NCBI RefSeq assembly: GCF_000092105.1
Contig: NC_014148.1
Location: 3,630,001 to 3,662,000 of the forward strand
Origin: Planctopirus limnophila DSM 3776
GTDB lineage: Bacteria > Planctomycetota > Planctomycetia > Planctomycetales > Planctomycetaceae
Direction: 5' to 3'
DNA length: 32,000 nt
Below are positions 1-10,000 of the stretch, piece after piece (within the stretch, counting starts at the first letter, position 1; each line of letters starts with the position of its first letter). The position numbers and the translations under genes were made by a program. Below the pieces are notes generated by a model. That model ran no database searches. It was not told where the DNA came from and saw only the letters and a list, made by a program, of their open reading frames with translations.

Positions 1-280
1 ACGTGGGAAACATGCGGCCACTTTTGCGCTTGTAGTCGTCCATGGCCTTCATGAACTCGACTTCATCGCCTGAGTAATCGCGTTCGCAGGTGGTCGGATC
101 AATCATCCGGCGACGCTCCACTTTGCGGCGAGGTGCTGCAGCAGCACGCCTTTCGCCACTGGCGAGTTTTTCTTCGACCTTCGAGCGACGTTCGCCAACC
201 ACACGGCGGTTGCGGTTTCGCTGCTCCGTCTTGGCAATCGCATCCAGTTTGGCGGCATCCATAGTCGCAGATCGGGGCAT
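1..280 (-). CDS. hypothetical protein, N-terminal 93 codons only; the gene runs off the left edge of the window
   Basis: Hand translation of the reverse strand from the ATG (complement of 278-280) gives MPRSATMDAAKLDAIAKTEQRNRNRRVVGERRSKVEEKLASGERRAAAAPRRKVERRRMIDPTTCERDYSGDEVEFMKAMDDYKRKSGRMFPT with no stop before position 1. It is absent from the ORF track because it is open-ended. Track ORFs 90..293(+), 99..365(-) and 103..342(-) are other frames of the same DNA and look non-coding. Confidence 0.5.
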   Translation of the reverse strand, partial: MPRSATMDAAKLDAIAKTEQRNRNRRVVGERRSKVEEKLASGERRAAAAPRRKVERRRMIDPTTCERDYSGDEVEFMKAMDDYKRKSGRMFPT

Positions 281-747
281 TTGTAATTCCTGAATCGAAT
301 GAGGGTAAAGACGCATCCGTCTGTTTCATCAGACACATGCATGGGGGATATTCGATTATGCCCATATCTTTTTCGATCAGGCTGAGTTCAACTTCTTTGA
401 CGAATTGATAATCTGCGGAAACATTGCGGCCGCATCGATTCTTCCGATTCTAAGGATTATGTCGAAAGCAACACGTTGTCATCGGCCAAGAAACCGTGTT
501 GTGATCCCCCGATAGGGCAAGAAGACGCCAAACCGTCCAGAGCCAGTTTTCAACTTGCGTTTTGAGTCGACATCATCCCACGATACTTAACTAAGAATAA
601 CGCACCACAGGGCTCCTGAACTGTTTCTGCCCCTGATTCGTTTCTCTCCCCCCCGTTTGAGAACTGCCGCTTATGCAGACTGAACTGCCCAAGTCGCAAT
701 TGATCAGCAATACTTCACCGAGCCGCCAGCAGTCGCCAGTCGGGATC

Positions 748-2088
748 ATGCTGAAGCTCTGTCTTTGCGTGACGCTTTTGTGCCTCACAATGATCGACAG
801 GGTTGTCGCACAGACCAGTCCTCCAGGTGAACCGAAGGCGAAAGCTGCGGGTAAGGCCGCACAAACTCCCGATCGCAATCGCGGGAAACCATTACCGCCG
901 GGTGTGCGCGATTACACATCTCGCAACTTTCTCATGCATACCGATCTTCCGCCGGAGGAGGCGAAAGAGTTACTCACCCGGCTCGAAACAATGCTGACCT
1001 TGATCTCGAAATACTGGGGCAAACCCAATCGAGCAGTCATCGAAATGTATGTCGTGAAAGATCTCTCGGTCTGGCCGCCTGGTTCGATCGATGGGCGCGG
1101 GTTGCAAAGCATCGAAGCGGGTGCAGGAGTCACACTGGGTCAGACGGCGTTCATTGGAAACGAGGCCATTGATGCCAAGGCGGTCGTTTACTCAGTGGCC
1201 GACCGCGGGACACCGCAGCACGAAGCAGTTCATGCCTACTGCCAACTGAATTTTGGACGAACCGGCCCCACCTGGTATTCGGAAGGGATGGCCGAGATGG
1301 GGCAATACTGGAAAGAAAAAGACACTTCTGTAGCAATCCACCCGGTTGTGTTCGATTATCTCAAAAAATCCGAACTCAAGTCGCTAGATGAGATTATTGC
1401 TCCTGGTCAGACGACAGGAGATAGCTGGGAAAACTATGCCTGGCGCTGGGCTCTGTGTCATTTACTGGCGAACAACACCAACTATGCGGCACGTTTTCGG
1501 CCCCTGGGACTCTCGCTACTTTCCAGCAGGCCGGGAAGCTTTGAATTGACCTATGGCCCATCGGCTCGCGAAATCAGTTTTGAATATGATTTCTTCCTCA
1601 AGCACCTGGAACAAGGCTTTCGAGCCGATCTGTGCAGTTGGGATTGGCAGACCAAACCGGTGACTGTCAAAGGGACAGCCACCGTCCAATCCAAGATTGA
1701 TGCCAAAAAGGGATGGCAGGCGTCGAGGCTCCTGGCCAAAGCCGGTGAAACGTATCAATTCACGACGACTGGCACCTGGAAAACAGGGACTGAAGGGGAA
1801 GCGATTTCACCCGCAAATGCCGAATCAGAAACTGGTCGACTGGCAGGAGTCCTCTTCAACGATTACGAGTTAAGCGAACCCTTCCTGATCGACCTGACCA
1901 ACGGCTGGACAGCACCCAGTGACGGAGCCTTATATTTACGTTGTCACGAGGGTTGGGGCGCACTTCAGGACAACACTGGAACTGTGGCTGTCAAGATTAA
2001 AAGAGCAACAGAAAGTGTCCGCACGCCTTCAATTGGCGAGCCTGTAGAAACTCTTCCCGCACGGAAAGAAAACGCTGCAGGAAAGTAG
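748..2088 (+). CDS. secreted HExxH zinc-metallopeptidase-like protein
   Basis: Track ORF 673..2088. The internal ATG at 748 starts a signal-peptide-like MLKLCLCVTLLCLTMIDRVVAQ. An HEAVH motif is encoded at 1219-1233. A roughly 150-aa C-terminal extension is unassigned. The family name cannot be fixed without a profile search. Confidence 0.7.
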   Translation: MLKLCLCVTLLCLTMIDRVVAQTSPPGEPKAKAAGKAAQTPDRNRGKPLPPGVRDYTSRNFLMHTDLPPEEAKELLTRLETMLTLISKYWGKPNRAVIEMYVVKDLSVWPPGSIDGRGLQSIEAGAGVTLGQTAFIGNEAIDAKAVVYSVADRGTPQHEAVHAYCQLNFGRTGPTWYSEGMAEMGQYWKEKDTSVAIHPVVFDYLKKSELKSLDEIIAPGQTTGDSWENYAWRWALCHLLANNTNYAARFRPLGLSLLSSRPGSFELTYGPSAREISFEYDFFLKHLEQGFRADLCSWDWQTKPVTVKGTATVQSKIDAKKGWQASRLLAKAGETYQFTTTGTWKTGTEGEAISPANAESETGRLAGVLFNDYELSEPFLIDLTNGWTAPSDGALYLRCHEGWGALQDNTGTVAVKIKRATESVRTPSIGEPVETLPARKENAAGK

Positions 2089-2459
2089 CTGCCAAGGCGT
2101 CATAGCTGGCGATGGCATGCGGGAGCATGCCCTACTGAAGTCATCATAACTACCTGAGTTATCATGACGTGAGCTGGTGCAATCCGTCGGAACTTCTTGC
2201 ACCCTACTTAATAATAAACACTCTATACGAGCTATTGGTGGCTGATACTTCGCGGCCTGCGAGAGAGAAGTGGCATCCATGCCGACAGACCATCCCTGGG
2301 ATCTCAACGTGGTGGGAAAGAGGGATCGAAGAGGGGCCTGTCCTTCTCTCGCAGACATCAAGCAACAATATGGATTTTAAGTTTGCAGTAGAACACCGTT
2401 GACGGCATTCGATGCGGGCTGTCTCTGCTCTTTCGCGAGCTCGTGAGGTGACCAAGCAG

Positions 2460-2927
2460 CTACTGGCTTAAATCCTGAAAGAGCGGATTGAACTGAGGCA
2501 TCTCGGCCTTCAAATGTTCTAACCAGGCTGCCGGTTGCCATAGCTCAACGCAGATGACAGCACCCACGACAATCACTTCCTGATTGGCCGAAACTCCGAG
2601 GAACTCGCGAAATCCATCGGGTAACAGAAGACGAGATCGATTCGCCAGCTGGACTGTCCGAAAACGCGTCGAAAGCAGTCGCCCCAGTCGCTGCACTTCG
2701 GCATAGCGCTGCTCCATACGGCCAGCCTGAATCTTCTGATGAATCAGGGAAACCCCCTGCTTCAGCTTGAGCTGCCAATCACTGGCCCGCCACAAACTCA
2801 AACACCCGGCTCGCTCTTTAACCAGAATCGTCTGGCCACTGTCATCAGCAATCGCCTGAGCAAATTCCGGCGGTAAAGTCAGTCGAAATCGCTCGTCGAG
2901 AGTCCGGCTCACTTCGCCCGAAATCAT
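2460..2927 (-). CDS. mraZ: transcriptional regulator MraZ (two SpoVT/AbrB-like half domains)
   Basis: Track ORF 2460..3026 begins at a TTG. The ATG at 2927 gives [22 protein letters not shown], which matches the canonical MraZ N-terminus (MFxG...D.KGRL.iP). The second half repeats the motif ([40 protein letters not shown]). The start codon is uncertain, either 2927 or 3026. Confidence 0.85.
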   Translation of the reverse strand: MISGEVSRTLDERFRLTLPPEFAQAIADDSGQTILVKERAGCLSLWRASDWQLKLKQGVSLIHQKIQAGRMEQRYAEVQRLGRLLSTRFRTVQLANRSRLLLPDGFREFLGVSANQEVIVVGAVICVELWQPAAWLEHLKAEMPQFNPLFQDLSQ

Positions 2928-3073
2928 ACCCTGTGCCACCAGAACATCCCCGCGGAGAAAATCCTCGACAGGCGAAGTTCCTCCCGGCGATGAGCCTGAA
3001 TCCAACGGTGGCAAAGCTCCTGCCAATCCAGCCTCTCAATTCTGAAGCACATGCACAACAAAGGATCTGACCA

Positions 3074-3151
3074 CCCACAAGATCTTAGGATCTGGGCTTA
3101 AAATCCACATTTAAATCATTTTTCAAAGAGCTTTTGGGTAAAAAACCCACA
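3074..3151 (-). promoter_or_regulatory. candidate MraZ operator: three TGTGGG/TGTGGA boxes on the mraZ coding strand, upstream of mraZ
   Basis: The plus strand carries CCCACA at 3074-3079, TCCACA at 3104-3109 and CCCACA at 3146-3151, which read TGTGGG, TGTGGA and TGTGGG on the minus strand. Spacings are 30 and 42 nt, roughly 3 and 4 helical turns. E. coli MraZ is known to bind direct GTGGG-type repeats, but with 10-nt periodicity, so this is only motif-level similarity. Confidence 0.25.
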
Positions 3152-3387
3152 TCGGCAGAATCCTACCGAGGGGCAATCGGAAGTTCAAAACAAATTGCTC
3201 CACTTTTATCGTTTTTTACGATTTCAATGATTTTGCCGGTTCGCAGGAGCACTCCTGTTGTGAGCGCGGCATGCCGTTGAGTAAGACCTCTCCAGCATCT
3301 CGAAAATCACCACTCATTACAGAACGTTCAACGGCACTCAGTTGACGATCCGATTCAGAAGCCGATGGCATTACAGAACAGATTTTA

Positions 3388-4161
3388 ATGGAACCTGCCA
3401 TGTCGTCTGAGTTCGATGACAGCCTCCCCAGCCGCCTGTCTCAGCAGGAGCACGAAAGAGATTCACACTTCTCCAACGAACCCTCTTCAACGGAGAGTCA
3501 GATGCCTGTTGTGCTGAAGACTTACGTTGAGGTGCCTGATGTTTTGCCGCCCAATGCCACTCGCTGGAGGATCAGGACGACCATGGATGGTTATTGCCTG
3601 ACTTCACGCGGACGCTGGACGTTTCAGGGGTTGGGAGTTCTGTTCCTGCTGAATCTGTTCTGGAATGGAGTCGTGGTATTGGTCTCGTGGGAAGCTCTGC
3701 TCAAACCAGGTATTGAACGATTCAACATCGACTGGCTGATGAAAGCAGCTTTCCTCTCGATCTTTGGTGTGATTGGCCTGTTTCTGTTGCTGCTGCTGAT
3801 TCTTGAACTGGTCGAGCCATTTCATACCCGCACCTGGGAGTATGGCAATGTTCTGATCGTCTGCCGCCTCGCCTGGTTTGGCATTGGCTACACCTGGGCT
3901 TATCCTCGCCAGTGGCTGGCACGAATCGATGTGACTTACACACCACAGGACGAAGCCCCTGACGGGAAAAGCAGGAAGCGCCACCGGACTTCCTCTCGCA
4001 GCTCTGGGCAGCTTGAGCCTTATGAAAAAGCCTCACGCATCTTCACTCTCGCATTGATCACCGAGAACGAAGAAGTCGTTTGCACCTGGGAGGGCTTGAA
4101 CCTCGAAGAGTGCGATGTCATCGGCCCGTCACTGTTATGGATCGATCGCCAATTGAGTTGA
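3388..4161 (+). CDS. hypothetical membrane protein
   Basis: A 257-aa ORF with a polar N-terminus and at least two strongly hydrophobic stretches (GLGVLFLLNLFWNGVVVLVSW and AAFLSIFGVIGLFLLLLLILELV). No recognisable family motif. An alternative ATG lies at 3400. Confidence 0.55.
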   Translation: MEPAMSSEFDDSLPSRLSQQEHERDSHFSNEPSSTESQMPVVLKTYVEVPDVLPPNATRWRIRTTMDGYCLTSRGRWTFQGLGVLFLLNLFWNGVVVLVSWEALLKPGIERFNIDWLMKAAFLSIFGVIGLFLLLLLILELVEPFHTRTWEYGNVLIVCRLAWFGIGYTWAYPRQWLARIDVTYTPQDEAPDGKSRKRHRTSSRSSGQLEPYEKASRIFTLALITENEEVVCTWEGLNLEECDVIGPSLLWIDRQLS

Positions 4162-4169
4162 ACGAAGTG

Positions 4170-5330
4170 TTACCTGCGGTAAGGCTCAGTCTGTTCCCGG
4201 CGCCACACACTGGGGGCCACACCCATCGCCCGCTTGAAGGCTACGCTGAAATACTCGTCGTGAGCAAAACCTGAGCGATGTGCAATCGTGGAGAGGGAAA
4301 GATCTGTCTCAACCATGAGCTGACGGGCTCGCTCGAGCTTCAATCTCAGAATTTCGGCATGAGGAGTGCGCCCCAGCCGCCGTTCAAACCGCTGTTCGAG
4401 AACGCGTCTGGAAAGAGGCACAATTTTGAGCACATCGTTCACATGAATGCCCTCAAAAGCATGTTCGCGAATGAACCGCAAAGCCAGAGCCACATCGCGG
4501 TCGTCGAGCGCCAGGACATCGGTCGATTGCCGCGTGATCACACCCAGCGGAGGTACCCGCAGACAATCCTCCTTCAGGTTGACTCCCTGCATCTGTTCAT
4601 CGAGGAATTGGGCAGCCACCGCCCCTGCTCTCACGGCGTTGGGTGCAATACTCGTTAAGGGAGGATCGGCGAGTTCGCACAATAACTCGTCGTTATCCAC
4701 GCCAATGACAGCGACATCATCGGGGACCGACAGCCCCAGATCTCGACAGGCATCGAGCACCTGACGAGCCGTGCTGTCATAACAACCCATGACACCGACA
4801 GGTTTGGGCAACAGACGCAGCCACTCAATCAGCGATTTCTCGGCAACTTCGGGGTCCAACCCCTGATGATCAAACATCTCACAACGGCCACCAGCCGCCA
4901 GAACAGCATCCAGGAATGCCTGCTTTCGCCAGTTCGACCAGTTGAACGAACTGTCGCCGCAATAGGCAAAATTCTGAAAGCCTCGTTCGAGTAAATGAGC
5001 GACAGCCATTTCGGCAATCGCCACATCGTCTGTTTCCACCCACGGAATCTGTGGCCACAAGCGGGCCGCACTCACATCGACAACAGGGATCTTCAGCGCC
5101 TGCAGTCGCTCCGCAATCAAAGGCGTCTCGACACGGGCAATCACGCCATGAAAGTTTGTTTTCGAAAGCCACTCCGGAGGCGCATCCCCTCGCCCCTGTT
5201 CGGTCAAATGAATGGACCAGCGCCTGTGTTGCTGCCGGACATATTGCTGAATCCCCATGAGCACTCCACGGGCATACGCATTCGAAGATTCAATCAGTAA
5301 TGCGACACGCAGCCGGGGAGGAGTTTGCAT
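4170..5330 (-). CDS. XylR-like transcriptional regulator (periplasmic-binding-protein-like sugar sensor domain fused to an AraC-type HTH)
   Basis: The N-terminus LRVALLIESSNAYARGVLMGIQQYV...HGVIARV...IPVVDV resembles the LacI/PBP-type fold of XylR-like regulators. The C-terminus LRFIREHAFEGIHVNDVLKIVPLSRRVLEQRFERRLGRTPHAEILRLKLERARQLMVETDLSLSTIAHRSGFAHDEYFSVAFKRAMGVAPSVWR is a typical AraC double HTH. Confidence 0.85.
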   Translation of the reverse strand: MQTPPRLRVALLIESSNAYARGVLMGIQQYVRQQHRRWSIHLTEQGRGDAPPEWLSKTNFHGVIARVETPLIAERLQALKIPVVDVSAARLWPQIPWVETDDVAIAEMAVAHLLERGFQNFAYCGDSSFNWSNWRKQAFLDAVLAAGGRCEMFDHQGLDPEVAEKSLIEWLRLLPKPVGVMGCYDSTARQVLDACRDLGLSVPDDVAVIGVDNDELLCELADPPLTSIAPNAVRAGAVAAQFLDEQMQGVNLKEDCLRVPPLGVITRQSTDVLALDDRDVALALRFIREHAFEGIHVNDVLKIVPLSRRVLEQRFERRLGRTPHAEILRLKLERARQLMVETDLSLSTIAHRSGFAHDEYFSVAFKRAMGVAPSVWRREQTEPYRR

Positions 5331-5736
5331 TGATGGAAATTTCTTCCTTCCAAGGAAGTGTCAAAGCTTCACCACAAACAACAGATTTGACGCGATCCAG
5401 ACGAGTCCAACGAAAAGATCATCCCGTTCAAGAATCCAGGCAGCACCTGTGAACAAGTGATCTTTCTCATATCATCAATAACTTTTGCGTTGAAGCCCAC
5501 TTCATTTCAAGCTTTGATCGTTAGATTTCACGTTTTCTTGCTCAGGTAATTTTTCTCAACTATTTGAATCAAAACCTCATTGTGACGTCATCCCCGCCAG
5601 TTATGTTAAATGCATCGAGTCTGAACGACGCTTGTCGTCGCTCTCCGCTCGATCCCCCTGAAATCGACGCTTTTATGCTCCGCGATATCCCACTGTTACC
5701 AGCCAACCACTCCGAATTCATCGAGCCGAGATCATC

Positions 5737-6870
5737 ATGAGTGTCCCGAATTCTTCCTCGTCACCCCGCTTTCGTGTTGCCATTGTCGGGCTTGGTTTTG
5801 GAGCCGAGTTTATTCCCATTTACCAGCGGCATCCCGGTGCCGAGATGTACGCCATCTGCCAGCGGAACGAAGCCCACCTGCATGAAGTCGGCGATCGCTT
5901 CGAAATTGGCACGCGTTACACCAGCTACGATGATGTCCTGGCCGACCCCAAAGTCGATTTCGTCCATATCAATTCGCCCATTCCCGATCACGCGTGGATG
6001 TCACTGAAGGCCCTGGAAGCGGGCAAGCATGTGATGTGTACTGTCCCGATGGCCACAACAATTGAAGAGTGCGATCAGATCTGTGAAGCGGTCGCCCGGA
6101 CTGGCAAGAAGTACATGATGGCGGAAACCGTGGTTTATTCCCGCGAGTTTCTGTTCATCAAGGATCTGTATCTTAAGGGAGAACTGGGCGAGATTCAGCA
6201 TCTGGCGGCTTCGCATCCTCAGGATATGGATGGCTGGCCAGCTTACTGGGAAAAGATGATCCCCATGCATTATGCCACGCATGTCGTCAGCCCCTGTCTG
6301 GGTCTGCTCGATAAACGGGCTGAGTACGTGAGCTGCTTTGGTTCCGGTAAGGTTCGAGATGATATTCGTGAAAAATCGGGCAATCGCTTTGCAGTAGAAA
6401 CCTGCCACATCAAGGTGCAGGATAGCGATGTCGTCGCTCACATCTGGCGATTCCTGTACGACGTGGCTCGCCAGTACCGCGAAAGCTTCGATGTCTATGG
6501 CACGAAAAAGAGCTTCGAGTGGACACTGGTGGAAGATGAACCCCACGTGATTCATACGGCAAAAAAACCTGAACCCGAGATTCCTTCAAAAATCGAAGTT
6601 CCCGATTTTGCCCATCTACTTCCTGAACCGATTCGTATGTTTACGAAAACGATTCAGGATGCTGAGCATCTTTCCTTCGTTCAGGGAGGCGGGCACGGAG
6701 GTTCTCACCCGCACATGGTCCATGAATTCCTCTCCGCTTTAGCTCAGAATCGCGACCCCTGGCCTAATGCCACACAGTCTGCCAACTGGACATGTGTTGG
6801 ATTATGTGCCCATCAATCAGCACTCAAGGGAGGTGAAATTGTCAAACTCCCGGCCTTCACTTTGAAGTAA
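5737..6870 (+). CDS. Gfo/Idh/MocA family NAD(P)-dependent oxidoreductase
   Basis: Rossmann N-terminus FRVAIVGLGFGAEFIPIYQRHPGAEMYAICQRN, followed by VDFVHINSPIPDHAWMSLKALEAGKHVMCTVPMATTIEECDQI, the family signature. Transcribed divergently from the XylR-like regulator. Confidence 0.9.
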   Translation: MSVPNSSSSPRFRVAIVGLGFGAEFIPIYQRHPGAEMYAICQRNEAHLHEVGDRFEIGTRYTSYDDVLADPKVDFVHINSPIPDHAWMSLKALEAGKHVMCTVPMATTIEECDQICEAVARTGKKYMMAETVVYSREFLFIKDLYLKGELGEIQHLAASHPQDMDGWPAYWEKMIPMHYATHVVSPCLGLLDKRAEYVSCFGSGKVRDDIREKSGNRFAVETCHIKVQDSDVVAHIWRFLYDVARQYRESFDVYGTKKSFEWTLVEDEPHVIHTAKKPEPEIPSKIEVPDFAHLLPEPIRMFTKTIQDAEHLSFVQGGGHGGSHPHMVHEFLSALAQNRDPWPNATQSANWTCVGLCAHQSALKGGEIVKLPAFTLK

Positions 6871-7037
6871 GAAAGATCACCACGGACGAGGGAGTCCATC
6901 ACGACCCATCGAGGCATCATTTTACCCGCACAACGGGGAATACAAGCCTTAGTGGTCATCCTGAATTCTCTTACCAGAATCTATCAGTGAAAAAACTTTT
7001 CTTTTGATCGACCATTTTTCCAGTCGGCAGGTCTTCT

Positions 7038-10000
7038 ATGCGACAACTCATGAATTTCTCTCAGCGAATGCTGGCCTCTTTACTGCTGGCCAGTCTGGTT
7101 TTGATGAACTGGCCAACGCAGACACTTGGGGCCGAGAATGTGCCCCTGAATGTCCTCTTCCTGGGGGACAAAGGCCATCATCAGCCCCAGGCACGCTTCA
7201 ATGATCTGCAGCCTGCACTGGCCAAGCGTGGCATCAATCTGACTTACACAGAAGACCCTGGTGTTCTGAGTGCTGCCGGGCTAGCTCCGTACAAAGCCCT
7301 GGTCGTTTACGCCAATATCGACAAGATCACGCCCGAGCAGGAAACGGCTCTCATCGAGTACGTACAGAATGGTGGTGGGTTTGTGCCACTCCACTGTGCT
7401 TCGTTCTGCTTCCGCAACTCCCCCAAATATGTGGCTCTGGTTGGTGCCCAATTTTCCAAGCATGGAACAGGCGTCGTCGAGACTCGGCTCGAAGCCATCG
7501 ATCATCCCATTCTTAAAGGTTTTTCCGGCTTCAAGAGCTGGGACGAAACATATCGTCACTCGATGCACAACCCCATGGGCCGCACAGTCCTCGAGTATCA
7601 TCCTTTGAGTGCCGACGAGCTCAAGAAAGATCCCAAGGCATTGGCGGAAGAGCCCTGGACATGGGTTCGCAATGAGGGCAAAGGCCGCGTCTTTTACACC
7701 GCCTGGGGTCACGACGGGCGAACGTTCTCCAACCCTGGTTTTCAGAATCTGGTCGAACGTGGCATTCGCTGGGCAGCCAAAGATGAAAGCACAGTCCCGG
7801 AATACAAAGAAAAAGCCAGCTTCCAGCCCCCAGCTATGACAGCCATCAAGCCCTCAGCGGCTTCATTTGAGTACATCGATGTCGGAAGCAAAATTCCCAA
7901 CTACGTCGCTGGTGCTCAATGGGGTAAGCAGGAAAAGCCACTGTCACTCATGCAGTTGCCTTTACCGCCTGAGAAGTCACTCGAGCATTATGTGAGTCCG
8001 GAAGGGAGCCAGCTCAAACTCTTTGCTGCCGATCCAGAGCTGGGTGGCAAACCGATTGCATTCAACTGGGATGAAGCGGGGCGGCTGTGGGTTTGTGAAA
8101 CCATGGATTACCCCAATGAGCTGCAGCCTAAAGGCAAAGGCCGCGACCGCATTCGTATTGTCTCCGATACGAATAACGATGGCGTGGCCGACCGTTTTGA
8201 CATCTTCGCCGAAGGACTAAGTATCCCGACTGCGATTGTTTGTGTCCGCGGTGGTGCCATTGTGCAGGACGGCCCGGAGACGATCTTCCTCAAGGACACC
8301 AATGGCGATGGGAAAGCTGATGTCCGCAAACTGCTGATCAGTGGCTGGGCCATTGGCGATACCCACGGCGGTGTCAGCAACTTCCTGTATGGGCTCGATA
8401 ACTGGATCTGGGCCATGCAAGGCTATAACGATTCACAGCCAATCCTGACCAATGGTCAGGCGGCTGGTCGATTCAAGCAGGGCTTCTTCCGCTTCAAGGT
8501 TTCTGTCAGTGCTGATGGCCTCCCCGAAGTCAACGAACTGGAGTTCATCCGTTCGACCAACAACAACACATGGGGGTTAGGTATCAGCGAAGATGGGCTG
8601 ATTTTTGGCTCGACAGCCAACCACAATCCTTCGGTCTATATGCCGATCCCTAATCGATATTATGAGCAGGTTCGTGGCTGGGCCGCTCGCGGATTAGGAA
8701 CAATTGCCGATACCCATCTTTTCAAGCCGATTACAACCAAAATACGACAGGTCGATCATCACGGTGGCTACACCGCCGGTTGCGGCCACGCACTCTATAC
8801 CGCCCGCAACTATCCCGAATCCTGGTGGAATCGCACAGCGTTTGTGTGCGGCCCCACAGGTCACCTCGTGGGCACCTTTGTACTGACTCAGAACGGGACA
8901 GATTTCTCATCCACCAGCCCGAATAACCTCGTGGCCAGTGATGATGAGTGGGCCGCCCCCATCATGGCGGAAGTCGGGCCAGATGGGAACATGTGGATCC
9001 TCGACTGGTATAACTACATCGTGCAGCATAATCCGACGCCCGCTGGCTTCAAAACCGGTAAAGGGAATGCGTACGAAACTGATCTGCGGGATAAGAAGCA
9101 TGGCCGCATCTTCCGTCTGATCTGGAATAACCGTCCGGGTGCTGTGACTGCCGATCAATCGACCACACGCAGCCTCGCAGGTGCTGATCCACAGACTCTC
9201 GTCAAAGCCCTCGAAGACAATAACTTCTTCTGGCGAAAGCAAGCCCAGCGTCTGCTGGTGGAGCAGCAGGATCAATCCGTCGCACCCGCACTGCTGGCCC
9301 GGTTGGGAGAACACCACGTCGATGCCATTGGGCTCGACCCCGGCGCCATCCATAGTGCGTGGACACTCAAGGGGCTGGGTCAACTTGAAAGTCTCAGTGA
9401 TCCCGCGACAGTCAAGGCTGTCACAGCGGGCCTGACTCATCCCTCGGCAGCCGTCCGCAGAAATGTGATTCAAACGTTGCCACCTGTCCCCATGACACCT
9501 TCATTGATTGCCAAGACGCATGTGGCAACCGATGAAGAACCTCTCGTCAGGCTGGCGGCTTTTCTGGCACTGTCCGATGCACCAGCCACCAGCGAATCGG
9601 CAACCATCATCGCCGGTGCGTTGCGTGATCCTGCGGTCTTTGCTGATCGATATTTACCTGAAGCCTTAACAGCAGCGGCTGCTCGTAACGATGTCCTGGT
9701 CATTGAGGCTCTGGCTGAAAAGACCGCTCAGACCACTCCTTCTCAAACCCCACTTGCCGGACCTGCTCTGGAGTTATTGAAGCGTGTAGCGGAACATTCG
9801 GCCCGCAGCGACAAATCCGAGTCTGGTTCTGCGATGCTCGCTCAGATTTCAAAAATGCCTCAAGATGCCGCCGAAGCGATCATTGCCGGTCTGTCGACAG
9901 GCTGGCCTCGCAAGTCAACAGAGGCAGCCAATGCAACACCCGAGCAGGTTGAGGCCATTACAAAATTGTATCGCGAGGTATCACCAGCCAGCCGCTCGCA

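Noticed and set aside
90-365. Track ORFs 90..293(+), 99..365(-) and 103..342(-)
   Set aside because: They overlap a better open-ended reverse-strand frame (1..280) whose translation looks protein-like. These three are Cys/Arg-rich and lack any motif.
2114-2168. Two hairpins (ggcatgc/gcatgcc at 2114-2131; gtcatcataact/agttatcatgac at 2140-2168) after the metallopeptidase gene, and the 370-bp ORF-free stretch 2089-2459
   Set aside because: Neither hairpin has a T-run, and I recognise no RNase P, tmRNA, 6S or riboswitch signature in the stretch. It may hold terminators for the convergent genes but is not supportable as an RNA gene.
3216-3401. 61-aa ORF 3216..3401(-) in the mraZ / membrane-protein intergenic region
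   Set aside because: It is short, overlaps the start of the 3388 gene on the opposite strand and has no motif. It is more likely promoter DNA.
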